Shown here: positions 49,232 through 59,264 of the stretch, one piece after another | Layout: each line of letters starts with the position of its first letter | Position numbering within the stretch: the stretch's first letter is position 1 | Source: Candidatus Parcubacteria bacterium | GTDB lineage: Bacteria > Patescibacteriota > Minisyncoccia > Phycocordibacterales > UBA5272 | Assembly: GCA_039796775.1 (NCBI GenBank) | Contig: JBDKJD010000001.1 | Coordinates: 88,399 to 152,398, forward strand | Direction of reading: 5' to 3' | DNA: 64,000 nucleotides | Notes under the pieces: generated by a model | The model's input: the letters and a program-made list of their open reading frames with translations, nothing else | Databases searched by the model: none | Told to the model about the DNA's origin: nothing | Program-made: the position numbers and the translations under genes

Positions 49232-50032
49232 ATGTTCATACTCATTGATGTTGGGGGTACAAAAACAAGAATAGGTGTAGGAAGAAATGAAGATACCATT
49301 GCTCCACCTGTAGTATTCTCTACTCATAAACAATTTGACACATGGTTGGCGGAAGTACAGACCGTTATGAAAAATCTTTGTAACGACCCTTCTTTAAGAG
49401 GTGTCATCATAGGAATACCGGGCACCTTCACAAAAGATGGGGTGATTATCAAAACACCCAACCTCCCTCTCTGGCAAGGTGTTCCGATACGGCATCATCT
49501 AGAAAAATTATGCAGGTGTGAAATCCATCTCTATAATGACACAGCTCTTGTCGGATTAGGAGAAGCTGTATACGGCGCTGGCAAAGGTCACTCAATAGTC
49601 AGTTATCTCACTATATCAACTGGGGTAAATGGCGTACGCATAGTAGATGGTGCGATTGATAGAAATACTTTTGGATTCGAAATTGGACATTCAATTATTG
49701 ATATAGAACACGATAGAGATGTTGAGTCTCTCATAAGCGGCGGATCACTCGAAAGAGAGTTCGGCAAACCGTCGCATGAAGTACATGATGTAATGTTGTG
49801 GGAGAAGATAAGCAGACGCGCCGGAATATTTGGTGCCAATACCGCTATGTATTGGTCACCGTCTATGATTATCTATGGAGGACCGGTTATGAATGATCTT
49901 CATTTAGAAATAATAGAAAAGGAGGCGAAACGCCACCTCACCATGTTCACCGAGCAACCACTCTTTGTGAGAGGAACTCTTAAAGATTATGGTGGACTTT
50001 ATGGAGCACTCGCGATAAGCAGGAAGATGTAG
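49232..50032 (+). CDS. ROK-family glucokinase
   Basis: N-terminal ILIDVGGTKTRIGV. ROK central region. Confidence 0.8.
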   Translation: MFILIDVGGTKTRIGVGRNEDTIAPPVVFSTHKQFDTWLAEVQTVMKNLCNDPSLRGVIIGIPGTFTKDGVIIKTPNLPLWQGVPIRHHLEKLCRCEIHLYNDTALVGLGEAVYGAGKGHSIVSYLTISTGVNGVRIVDGAIDRNTFGFEIGHSIIDIEHDRDVESLISGGSLEREFGKPSHEVHDVMLWEKISRRAGIFGANTAMYWSPSMIIYGGPVMNDLHLEIIEKEAKRHLTMFTEQPLFVRGTLKDYGGLYGALAISRKM

Positions 50033-50104
50033 TAGTCTAAAAGCAGTTGCTCATTATAATGAGTAATTCGATCTTTTTAATCAACCCTTTAAAGGAGGGT
50101 TGCC

Positions 50105-50365
50105 GTGAAATCAACAGCAAAGACCAAAGAACTTAAGAAAACCGTAAAAACTCTTTCGAGGCAAATAACTTCACTTCAAAGTGTTTTATTTGAAATTCTT
50201 TTTAATATGGAATACTTCAAAGAAAAGAATGTTCGTATAAAAAATAAAAAAGAGTATTTAAGGAACTTGACTCAGAAAGCAAACATGTTGGAAGAAATAT
50301 TAGCAACAAGAGAATTAGAACTTATCATCTTCCGTCACAGACTATTTAGAAAAAGAAACTCCTAG
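50105..50365 (+). CDS. hypothetical coiled-coil protein
   Basis: ORF with alternative (GTG) start; weak. Confidence 0.25.
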   Translation: MKSTAKTKELKKTVKTLSRQITSLQSVLFEILFNMEYFKEKNVRIKNKKEYLRNLTQKANMLEEILATRELELIIFRHRLFRKRNS

Positions 50366-50501
50366 AAACAATCTGAACATGTCTGAAGCCGGTTGGGCTA
50401 CTCAGCAAAAATACGCTGATATTCATCAGCGTATTTTCTTTTACCTTTTTATTCTGTCACACTAAACACTATGCTCTATATTCTGTACCCTACCCCTCTA
50501 T

Positions 50502-52169
50502 CTACCCCCTATCCACATGACTCCACGCGAAGTCTTTATCTCCATGAACTTTCTTGCCAGGGTTCAAGATATTTTCTGGATCAAAAATCTTTTTTGTCTT
50601 TTCAAAGAGGGAGATAATCTCTGGTGAATACATTTTCGGAAGATATGATGTTCTCAAAAGGCCATCATTATGCTCTCCTGACATAGAACCTTGATACTTG
50701 AATATGAGCGTATACACTTCATCCATGAGTGCGTGCAATGTCTCAACTATCCCTTCTTTATGAATATCAACGAGCGGAATAATGTGAAAGTTAGCATCCC
50801 CCATGTGTCCAGCGACGGTATAGATAAGGTCTTTGTATTTTTCTTGACTAAAAATAACTTCAAGTTCAGGGAGGAATTGTGGGAGGTCTTGTGGATGTAC
50901 AACAATGTCATCAATAGTGGGCGCTGTTCTGTACCCTTGCATGCGAGAGCGGAGGAGTGCGAAGCTCTCTCTTCTGAATGTCCAGTATTTTTTGGCTTGG
51001 GATGCGCTTGTTGTTTTTTTGATTGGAAGATTAAACTGCTTCATATCTTCATACGCTTTGGTTACTTTTTCATCAACCTCTTCTTCTGTATCACCAGTGA
51101 ATTCTGCCATAAGAATAATCTTAGGGACACCACCAGTTAACACCATCATGAATTCTGGCAAGAATTGAAGACCTAGAGTGATCATGTTGCCTCCCATGCG
51201 AACGGCGATATCTTTGAAGAATTTCATTGCTATCTTGAAGGTGTGATCATCGTATGACTCGAGTGTCTCTGGCTTATGTTCAAGCATTTTGACAATAATT
51301 TCTCCAAGATGGACGGTGGACGGTACGAACATAACAAGCATTCTCGAATGAGTCTTCGGTGCTACACCATTAAATGTTATAGAACTAACCCCGGCGAGCG
51401 TCCCCTGACTTCCTGCTATGAGGCGCGCGAGATTAAATACTTCGGTCTCTTTGTCATACACATTCCATAAGTAATATCCTGAGGAGTTTTTAGAAACTGA
51501 CGGCTTGGCGCTCATAATGGTGTCATAGTTCTCTGTGATAAGCGTATACATTTCTCTATGAATTCTTCCTCCTTCACCTTTTTCTTGCATTTTTTGTATC
51601 ATCTCTTCTTTGGTAAATACGCGAAGAAGGTCTCTCTCTCCATTAGCATAGACAACATCTAATGACTCAATATACTCTTCTGTCTTACCATAGGTGAGAG
51701 TCTTCTCTCCTCCTGAATTATTAGATACTATACCACCAAGCGCTGCCAATTCTCGAGAAGCTGGATAGCTCGGCATAAGCCACCCTTCTTGAAGCGTTGC
51801 TTTCTCAAAATCACGATAATATACTCCAGGCTCGGCTGTTCCATGTTCCTTAGTCACTTCTCCTATATGATTCATATATCGTGTCGTATCTATAACAATT
51901 GATGTTGAGAGTGGACCTCCTGTCATACAGGTTCCAGCTGCACGGAATGCGACTGATACATCAAATCCTTCTTTCTTCTTTTGATTAACGAGTGTTAAGA
52001 GCGATGAAATATCATGCGCATCTTTTGGATACACAACAAGTTCTGGAACAACATGAAATATACTTGTATCTTTAGATACCTTTTCTCTATCTTCTAAGAG
52101 AAGAGACCCGTCACCTTTGAAAGATACTGAGAGCTCTTTTGCGAATTCTTCGTAATTAATAGTACTCAT
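50502..52169 (-). CDS. FAD-linked oxidase (GlcD / D-lactate dehydrogenase family)
   Basis: PCMH-type FAD-binding N-terminal domain. C-terminal FDPENILNPGK signature. Start placed at the internal Met (MSTINYEEF). Confidence 0.8.
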   Translation of the reverse strand: MSTINYEEFAKELSVSFKGDGSLLLEDREKVSKDTSIFHVVPELVVYPKDAHDISSLLTLVNQKKKEGFDVSVAFRAAGTCMTGGPLSTSIVIDTTRYMNHIGEVTKEHGTAEPGVYYRDFEKATLQEGWLMPSYPASRELAALGGIVSNNSGGEKTLTYGKTEEYIESLDVVYANGERDLLRVFTKEEMIQKMQEKGEGGRIHREMYTLITENYDTIMSAKPSVSKNSSGYYLWNVYDKETEVFNLARLIAGSQGTLAGVSSITFNGVAPKTHSRMLVMFVPSTVHLGEIIVKMLEHKPETLESYDDHTFKIAMKFFKDIAVRMGGNMITLGLQFLPEFMMVLTGGVPKIILMAEFTGDTEEEVDEKVTKAYEDMKQFNLPIKKTTSASQAKKYWTFRRESFALLRSRMQGYRTAPTIDDIVVHPQDLPQFLPELEVIFSQEKYKDLIYTVAGHMGDANFHIIPLVDIHKEGIVETLHALMDEVYTLIFKYQGSMSGEHNDGLLRTSYLPKMYSPEIISLFEKTKKIFDPENILNPGKKVHGDKDFAWSHVDRG

Positions 52170-52233
52170 ATATAACGAGTGTAGCAAAACAAATATGATA
52201 ATCAAATAACACTCTCAAGATAATGAAGGGTGA

Positions 52234-53958
52234 TTATTTGATGGCTTCTTCTAACTTTTTCTCTATTTCTTGTTCTATTACCTCTAATCGCTTCTTAAAC
52301 TTTTTCATAATAGCTTGCTCTTCTTTGGTTAACTCTCTTTTCTTTTCTGCTTTGACCAAAACATCATGGAACTCTTCTACATCTCTACGAAGCGCAGAAA
52401 CATTCATTTCTAAGGTATTCTCTACCTCACGAAGCTTACGCTTAACGTTCCTTCTAAAAAGATTAAATTGAACAAATGCATACCAAAGCGTAGCAATGAC
52501 TGCGAGTAGTGCTATAACAATGATAAGTATCACAGAAAGCCAATTCATCACAAAAATTCCAAATCGAAGAAGTAACATTCTCTCCACTTCTATTACTTTG
52601 ATATTAGTGAAATCACTCACCGCGCCTTTGCTATCAAACACTCTTACCTTCATCTCATACACCCCAGAAGGAATCTTGTCTTTCCACGTGAGACTAAATA
52701 CTCCGACTTCATCTGTAGTTACATCTCTTATTAAGGCTTCGCCGTTTTTGTTGGTGAGTGTTACTTCTACTCTAGAATTAGGATATGAGGCTCCGACTAC
52801 TTTTAATTGAGAATCAAATTCTACTTTTCTGGAATATTCAGTAATGAGAGGTGGATTAATAGCTTGAATAGTGTAATCAAGTGACGCTGTTGAACTGTTC
52901 CCCGCTTGATCAGTAACTGTAATGATAACAGTATGCTTGCCTGGACTTTGTCTTGGGAGTCTATAAATACCTGAATCTTCTTTGGTCATCTCTATGGCTT
53001 GACCTCCATCAATAGAAAGAGAAATAGTCTTGATGCCAGAGAGTGTGTCACTTGAATTAATCACTAAACTTGGAGTGATATTAGTAGTCACTGATCCATC
53101 TGGGAACGTTGCCTGATCAATGGTTGGCGCTTGTGTATCTATTTGAAATTTATACGTAGATACAGCTCCCCATCCGTCAGCATTTTTGAACTGTACCTTC
53201 ATATAAAAGATTCCATCTTCATCCACTGTGAATGATCTACTAGCTACAGGCGGAGTGTAGACCCTTGAAGGGTTGTCTGTTTCTTTGTCTGAATATACCG
53301 TTCTCACAGAAGTAACATTTGAAGAGATTTTCCATTCAAAACTTGCATCTCTTCTTGAATACCAGGCGGTGCTATCTGGATGAGTTGGAGAGGTTATAAC
53401 AGGAAGAGAAAGTTCTACTGGTTCCTTCTCAACAACATTACCCTCTTCTCCTATATAAACAAGCGCAGAACCTGTTGTTTTTAGTACATCTGTCGCATTC
53501 CCGTCATTTAACAATACAGCGCCTTCTTTAATAACAATACTAACATTCCCTGCTTCTTTAGCTTTGAATGTGACTGTTATAACTTTGCCGGTAGCCTTGC
53601 TGTACCCTGGATTAAGAGCAACACCTTCTAGCGAGATTGTGCCTTTTTCATTAGAAAAAGTGGGCTCCTCTGCCCAAAGACTCATAAAAGACCCTGTCTT
53701 AGAAATAGAGATAACTTCAAGAGCATCCTTTGGAAATGTCGCATCAAGCGATACGGCATTAATAGCTTCTGTATTATTGGTAACATTAAAATCTACTTTG
53801 AATGTTCTCCCAACTGACGTAGAAACAGACGAAGGAGATACTATTAAGTTAGCAGCACTTACATATAACTGACTAGAGATACAAACAAATAGAGCGACCG
53901 CTATAAGAAGACTATTTTTTATTGAGGGGGTGGCGATATGCATGTATGATAATAACAA
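52234..53958 (-). CDS. surface protein with N-terminal cohesin-like domain, Ig-like repeats, C-terminal TM and coiled-coil tail
   Basis: Cohesin-like beta-sandwich pattern (TFKVDFNVTNN..AINAVSLDATFPKDALEVISI...KGTISLEGVAL...KVITVTFKAKEAGNVSIVI). TM helix VMNWLSVILIIVIALLAVIATLW. Confidence 0.55.
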   Translation of the reverse strand: MLLSYMHIATPSIKNSLLIAVALFVCISSQLYVSAANLIVSPSSVSTSVGRTFKVDFNVTNNTEAINAVSLDATFPKDALEVISISKTGSFMSLWAEEPTFSNEKGTISLEGVALNPGYSKATGKVITVTFKAKEAGNVSIVIKEGAVLLNDGNATDVLKTTGSALVYIGEEGNVVEKEPVELSLPVITSPTHPDSTAWYSRRDASFEWKISSNVTSVRTVYSDKETDNPSRVYTPPVASRSFTVDEDGIFYMKVQFKNADGWGAVSTYKFQIDTQAPTIDQATFPDGSVTTNITPSLVINSSDTLSGIKTISLSIDGGQAIEMTKEDSGIYRLPRQSPGKHTVIITVTDQAGNSSTASLDYTIQAINPPLITEYSRKVEFDSQLKVVGASYPNSRVEVTLTNKNGEALIRDVTTDEVGVFSLTWKDKIPSGVYEMKVRVFDSKGAVSDFTNIKVIEVERMLLLRFGIFVMNWLSVILIIVIALLAVIATLWYAFVQFNLFRRNVKRKLREVENTLEMNVSALRRDVEEFHDVLVKAEKKRELTKEEQAIMKKFKKRLEVIEQEIEKKLEEAIK

Positions 53959-54874
53959 CAGAAGCTAACACAAGTAACACACTCACTATGATACTATTAA
54001 GTATACTGAATAGACGCTGTTTTGTATTTAAGTTTTCAACAGTAGATATAGTTTTGATAGTATAATCACCACTCATATATTCAATATAGAGATGTATATA
54101 GTCTCCTCTTTCTTTGCTGATGACATACGGTAATGATATTTCTTGCCACAAAGAAGAAGTAACATTTGGTTCCGTGCTTTCATTTGACTGAATTAATTTA
54201 ACGAAACGAATAGGACTATAGAGTTTAGTATCCGTGAGGGTGATATACGTTTTTTGACTCTCCAGAGAACTGTCATCCATCAAAAGCAGCTCGATAGAAT
54301 TAATGTCTTTTCTATTGAGCGATAAGGCTGGTACTGTATTTTGATTAGCTACATTTGTGATAGTGAACATATGCTCTTTGGTTCTAGACGTGAGCACTGT
54401 AGCCTTCTCATCAAATGCATGAACTTGAACATTATCAAACAATATAACACCTTTGCCATTACTTTTAGGAGTAAGGAGTATAGTGAATAACTTTCCTTTA
54501 GTGAACGGATTTCCTGACCCAACATATGTATGTGACCACCCACCGATAAAAATACCTTCGAAAGATATAGTACTTCGTTTATTCAACGTATCTTTTTGTA
54601 GAGTGGGCTGAGTGACCCACAAAGGAACAATAGAGTCATAAAGTGATATTGTATAAAGAGACAACATTTCTTCTGGGAAAGAAATACTCCCTGAGACCCC
54701 ACTTACCACACTCCCCTCACTGTCCATATACACAGTAACTGGTACCACCTGAACTCCGTTTATTATTGTCGGTGCATTCACTTCAAAAGACACAGCGTAT
54801 ACACCATGCCATGTGCTTATTACTATACCTATACTAAAGAGTAATTTTTTGTACATAGTTATCCGGTCCAACAA
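53912..54874 (-). CDS. surface protein with cohesin-like domain and C-terminal TM anchor
   Basis: VQVVPVTVYMDSEGSVVSGVSGSISFPEEMLSLYTI...GKLFTILLTPKSNGKGVILF matches the cohesin pattern. C-terminal TM. Confidence 0.55.
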   Translation of the reverse strand: MLDRITMYKKLLFSIGIVISTWHGVYAVSFEVNAPTIINGVQVVPVTVYMDSEGSVVSGVSGSISFPEEMLSLYTISLYDSIVPLWVTQPTLQKDTLNKRSTISFEGIFIGGWSHTYVGSGNPFTKGKLFTILLTPKSNGKGVILFDNVQVHAFDEKATVLTSRTKEHMFTITNVANQNTVPALSLNRKDINSIELLLMDDSSLESQKTYITLTDTKLYSPIRFVKLIQSNESTEPNVTSSLWQEISLPYVISKERGDYIHLYIEYMSGDYTIKTISTVENLNTKQRLFSILNSIIVSVLLVLASVVIIIHAYRHPLNKK

Positions 54875-55824
54875 TAAGCCAAGATACTTAAATCAGTCAA
54901 ATTAATAGCTCCATCATTACTTAGATCAACTTCTTTGGGAAAAGAATTTCTCTTATACCAAAATGCCATAATACTAAAATCAAAAATGTTAACCCTGTTA
55001 TCGTTATTCAAATCGCAGTGCTTTCTAAAACCAAATAAGAGAGAATTATTGGTTCTTGTTACATTTTTGTCCCCTATAATAAACCCAATTGGAGAAGAGA
55101 ATCCGGACGTCGCTTGTGTGATGATTGACTTAGCCTTAACAACATACTCTCCATATACGAGAATACTACTTGGTAATGAATATTTCCACATACCCTTATT
55201 GTCTGCTTTGGTTTTGATAATATATTCTTCGTCATCGCTATCTTTTTTGAAGAACATAACACGTATATCAGCATGCGGTGTCGCTTCTCCAAAAAAAAGA
55301 ATACTTTCTCCCATCTTCACCTCTATCTTGTCAGATGTAATAGTAGGAGGAATCAAAATACCTTCAACTAATGTCATCACCCCCTCTTGTATAAAGATAC
55401 TAAACGATAAGAGAACTGAGAATCTTCCCGACGTGTCTACCGCTTGAACACCAAAACTATATACACCCTGACTGAGTGTTGGTGATGATATTTCAAATGA
55501 GCCATCACCATTTGCTCTCACTTCGTTAACTACGAGACCGTTACGAAGAAGTCTTACTTTTGACTCACCGTATGCCACACCCCTAAAAAGAGCAACATTA
55601 ACGAACGAGCTCGTATTGATCGGACCTGGGTTAATCGGTGGAGTATCAGGATATACAAGTGGTGGGGTTGGTACTACGGCAGTAATAGTTACACCTTCAT
55701 AAAGAGGATTCTGCGCTTGACCAAAAACGGTAACAAAAGGGAACGTGTTAGAGAAAAGTACTGTTACAAGTGTAATCAGCCCGACTATTTTCCGGATGCT
55801 TTTTGAGCTTGTTTGATGATCCAT
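54859..55824 (-). CDS. secreted protein with C-terminal type-I dockerin domain
   Basis: Two about 22-residue Ca-binding dockerin repeats, DLNNDNRVNIFDFSIM and DLSNDGAINLTDLSIL, at the extreme C-terminus. N-terminal signal anchor and Ig-like middle. Confidence 0.7.
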   Translation of the reverse strand: MDHQTSSKSIRKIVGLITLVTVLFSNTFPFVTVFGQAQNPLYEGVTITAVVPTPPLVYPDTPPINPGPINTSSFVNVALFRGVAYGESKVRLLRNGLVVNEVRANGDGSFEISSPTLSQGVYSFGVQAVDTSGRFSVLLSFSIFIQEGVMTLVEGILIPPTITSDKIEVKMGESILFFGEATPHADIRVMFFKKDSDDEEYIIKTKADNKGMWKYSLPSSILVYGEYVVKAKSIITQATSGFSSPIGFIIGDKNVTRTNNSLLFGFRKHCDLNNDNRVNIFDFSIMAFWYKRNSFPKEVDLSNDGAINLTDLSILAYCWTG

Positions 55825-56753
55825 TGATTATATTTCTTAAGCGCTAGAGTGAGTGCAAGTATCACAACAAGCAAAGAAACAAGGACAACAACAAGAAGCT
55901 GCCAAGGGAACATGAAGTAGGTAATAGATGATTCTGACTTACCTTCATTACCAAAGGAAAGTGAAAGTGTCGCTGTATACATACCAAGAGCAAAGTTATT
56001 CATTTGATAGGTAACATGTTCAAAGAATGGTGCAGAGGCAGCTGGTGCTTCATATGATCCTAGACGAGCTTCGAACTTTCGTGTGCTTCCTGGTAATACA
56101 TTTCCCTCTGTTTTGTTGGCGTTGATTTTTGTAACTTCGAATCCAAGCGTATTAGTAATAACAATATCACCTAATGGCTTTACTCTGTCATTACCACTAT
56201 TAGTAAAACGGTATTCAAAATCAACTGGAAGTGAGCTAAGTGTCTTTGTGTCACCTTTTATGGTGAATGACGATACACCCCCCTCTTCTTTTACATCACC
56301 TGTAACCTTGAGTAAAATAAGCATCCCGACTTTAGCACCTACAGATACCTGACTGCTGTCAGCAGACGGAGGAACAGTTGAGAGGAATATCGCCGCGAAA
56401 TGTCCCCCTGACTGAGCATCTGCTGGGACACTGATTGTATACGGGAGCGAAACTCTTTCACCTGGTTTAATAGTCACCTTATCAGTAACAGTTACCCATG
56501 TAGGAAGACCTTCTGTTGCTTTTGTGAAATTAGGAGTACCTGATTCACCTTGAGAGTCAAAAGCTTCTACTGAAGTATAAAATGTTTGTTCAGTATCTTG
56601 ATCATTAATAATAAGGAAGGTTTTTGAAATAGCCTCTCCTTTGTCAGCGGTTAATTCTTCACGCGCAGGCGAAATAGTAAGAGCGTTCAGAACGAGTGCA
56701 GGTGCCAGAAACAGTGAGATAATGGCGAAGAATTTTTTGGTAAATGATTTCAT
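55785..56753 (-). CDS. DUF916/DUF3324-like cell-surface protein with C-terminal TM anchor (CscA-like)
   Basis: Signal peptide, two beta-rich domains, C-terminal FPWQLLVVVLVSLLVVILALTLALKK anchor. Matches the CscA-type anchor architecture of WxL/Csc loci. Confidence 0.5.
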   Translation of the reverse strand: MKSFTKKFFAIISLFLAPALVLNALTISPAREELTADKGEAISKTFLIINDQDTEQTFYTSVEAFDSQGESGTPNFTKATEGLPTWVTVTDKVTIKPGERVSLPYTISVPADAQSGGHFAAIFLSTVPPSADSSQVSVGAKVGMLILLKVTGDVKEEGGVSSFTIKGDTKTLSSLPVDFEYRFTNSGNDRVKPLGDIVITNTLGFEVTKINANKTEGNVLPGSTRKFEARLGSYEAPAASAPFFEHVTYQMNNFALGMYTATLSLSFGNEGKSESSITYFMFPWQLLVVVLVSLLVVILALTLALKKYNQWIIKQAQKASGK

Positions 56754-56785
56754 AAAATAAAGAATAATAATAATGAGATGATTGT

Positions 56786-57877
56786 TTAGAAGTTGGCAGT
56801 TGCTACATAAGTTAGGTTAGCAGCATATATACCGGCTTCTGTTATTCCAGCAACGTTAGCCAAATAACGCAGTGACAATGTAGAAGTGTTGGTTACACCA
56901 GACCCTGTAGCAAACAAAGACGGTGTCGATGAAGAAGCATCGAATCCGTATGATGTTGAGAATCTGTACGTATCGTCGACAGTTACCCCTGTTCCACCTG
57001 ATTCAGTCGCTCGTATCGCGAACTGCTCAGTACCAGGAGTTGAAGAAGCTGCAACAGCACCTATTGCTGTGATTGTATTAAGAGAGTTTTGTTGTGATGT
57101 GAGCGTGTCACCTCTTACTGTTATAGCGAAACCAAAAGGTGCATTAGTGGAGATGGCGAGTGTGTGTGCAATAGTTTCTGCTGAATCTCCTGCTGTGTTT
57201 GTAGAGGAAGCGAACTTGGCACCACCTGAAGAGAGGTTACCAAAATAAATTGTTGTAGTAGAAATAGTGAATGTAAGAGATTGTTGAACAGTACCAGTCA
57301 TAGATACAGTATCGTCTGGAACAATATATGTACTTATTGAACCAGTATCTCCGAATGTTCCTGCAATAGTGATTTCGTATGTTCCTGGAGTTCCTGGATT
57401 AGTGATTTGAGAAACACCTGTTGCTCCAAATGTCGCATTAGATCCGATTTGGATTTGAATACAACGATTCGCTGGAATCACAGCAGTACCTGATGTGAGA
57501 GTGATAGTCTGAGAAGACTGTGAAGTTCCCCATGTTAGAGCTGATGCCGCGCCGGCTTGTAATTGAGCATCACTGAAACCAGAACACGTAGCTGAGGTTG
57601 ATGTAGCTAAGTCAAGGTTGTTGACGTTAAATGTCCCCATTGTATACCCAGCTGGAAACGTAATAGTTATTGTCTGCCCTGCTGTTAATCCGGTTGGAGT
57701 AACGAACTGGATAGTGTGATCTGATAATGTACTTTGTTGTACTGATGACTGTGTATTAGAAAGACTAGTCAAAGAAGCAGCGAGTACTAACTCTACGTGA
57801 ACAAAAGAAGCTCCAATCGCAAGAAGAGCAATAGTAACTAATGTTGTTAATTTTTTAAATAATGTAGTAAGTAACAT
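56786..57877 (-). CDS. secreted surface protein, paralog 1 (shared C-terminal ...YVATANF domain)
   Basis: Signal peptide. About 65-70% identical to the neighbouring 367-aa gene. C-terminal 170 aa shared with the 1094-aa protein. Confidence 0.6.
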   Translation of the reverse strand: MLLTTLFKKLTTLVTIALLAIGASFVHVELVLAASLTSLSNTQSSVQQSTLSDHTIQFVTPTGLTAGQTITITFPAGYTMGTFNVNNLDLATSTSATCSGFSDAQLQAGAASALTWGTSQSSQTITLTSGTAVIPANRCIQIQIGSNATFGATGVSQITNPGTPGTYEITIAGTFGDTGSISTYIVPDDTVSMTGTVQQSLTFTISTTTIYFGNLSSGGAKFASSTNTAGDSAETIAHTLAISTNAPFGFAITVRGDTLTSQQNSLNTITAIGAVAASSTPGTEQFAIRATESGGTGVTVDDTYRFSTSYGFDASSSTPSLFATGSGVTNTSTLSLRYLANVAGITEAGIYAANLTYVATANF

Positions 57878-58096
57878 AATAATCTCTTAATTCAATAAAA
57901 TCGACACAACAATTAAAGATATGTCTTACCTCTAAGTGTATCACTCCTTTGAATGAAATAGACACATTTGAGTCAAAAAATGTGGAAAAACTTTACTTAA
58001 AAGCTTTAATTGACACTTAACAAAACAGGATAGAAAAACTATATACTTAAAAAATCGGTTAAAAATGGTAGATACTTCGAACAATTCTATTAATAC

Positions 58097-59200
58097 TTAA
58101 TAGTTAGCAGTAGCAACATAAATAAGGCTTGCCACATATGTTCCCGCTTCAGTTAAACCAGAAATATTGGCTACATAACGTAAGGAATAGGTTGTTGTGT
58201 TGGTTGCTCCAGATCCTGTAGCTAAGACCGAAGGGGTTGTGGATGAGGCATCGAATCCATATGATGTAGTGAATATATAGGTTGGATCAATCGTTGCCCC
58301 TGTACCACCAGAGACTGTTGCTCGTATACCGAACTGTTCAGAGCCGAGTGTGGAAGAAGCAGCAGTGACCCCCATAGCTGTAATCGTATTAGCAGCCAAC
58401 TGCTGAGAAGTGAGCGTATCCCCACGTATGGTTATCGTATATCCAGAGGGAGCATTTGTGGCTATCCCAAGCGTGTGTGCGATGGTTTCTGTTGAATCTC
58501 CTGCGGTGTTTGTGGAAGAGGCGAACTTGTCATCACCTGCGGACAAGTTACCAAAATAAATTGTTGTCGTAGAGATGGTGAATGTAAGAGACTGTTGAAC
58601 GGTAGCACTAATGAGGACTGTATCATCTGTAATGATATTTTGAGTAATTGTCCCATTATCAGCCCCCACTATAATGGTAATAGCGTATGATCCTGGGGTG
58701 GTTGGATTAGTGATCTGAGTGACTCCTGTTGCTCCAAATGTCGCATTAGATCCTATTTCTATTTGAACACAACGATTCGCTGGAATCACAGCAGTACCTG
58801 AGGTGATATATACAGTCCCTGTTGCTTGAGTTACACCCCATGTCAAAGCTGACGGTGCGCCGGACTGTAATTGAGCATCACCAAACCCTGAACAGGTAGC
58901 TGACGTTGATGTAGCTAAATCAAAGTTAGCAACAGCAAATGTCCCTGTTGCATAGTTTGAAGGGAAGGTAATACTAATAGCCTGGCCAGCGGATAATCCA
59001 GTTGGTGTCACAAATTGTATTGTGTGATTAGATAATGTGTTGACCTTAAGAGAGCTTTGAGTGTCTGACAGGCTCGAGAGAGCGGCTGCGTGAGCGAGTT
59101 CAACGTGAACAATAGAAGCTCCGAGTGCGATAGAGAAGATGGTGCAGAAAGCAAAGAATTTATGTAGCTTAGAAGTTGTTGTATTGAAGACACTTATCAT
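58097..59200 (-). CDS. secreted surface protein, paralog 2 (shared C-terminal ...YVATANY domain)
   Basis: Tandem duplicate of 56786-57877, with long identical DNA stretches. Confidence 0.6.
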   Translation of the reverse strand: MISVFNTTTSKLHKFFAFCTIFSIALGASIVHVELAHAAALSSLSDTQSSLKVNTLSNHTIQFVTPTGLSAGQAISITFPSNYATGTFAVANFDLATSTSATCSGFGDAQLQSGAPSALTWGVTQATGTVYITSGTAVIPANRCVQIEIGSNATFGATGVTQITNPTTPGSYAITIIVGADNGTITQNIITDDTVLISATVQQSLTFTISTTTIYFGNLSAGDDKFASSTNTAGDSTETIAHTLGIATNAPSGYTITIRGDTLTSQQLAANTITAMGVTAASSTLGSEQFGIRATVSGGTGATIDPTYIFTTSYGFDASSTTPSVLATGSGATNTTTYSLRYVANISGLTEAGTYVASLIYVATANY

Positions 59201-59264
59201 GAATAGTAACAGTATACTCTAAGCGTATCATTAAATAACAATACTTTTAAGTGGAAAGAGGTTA

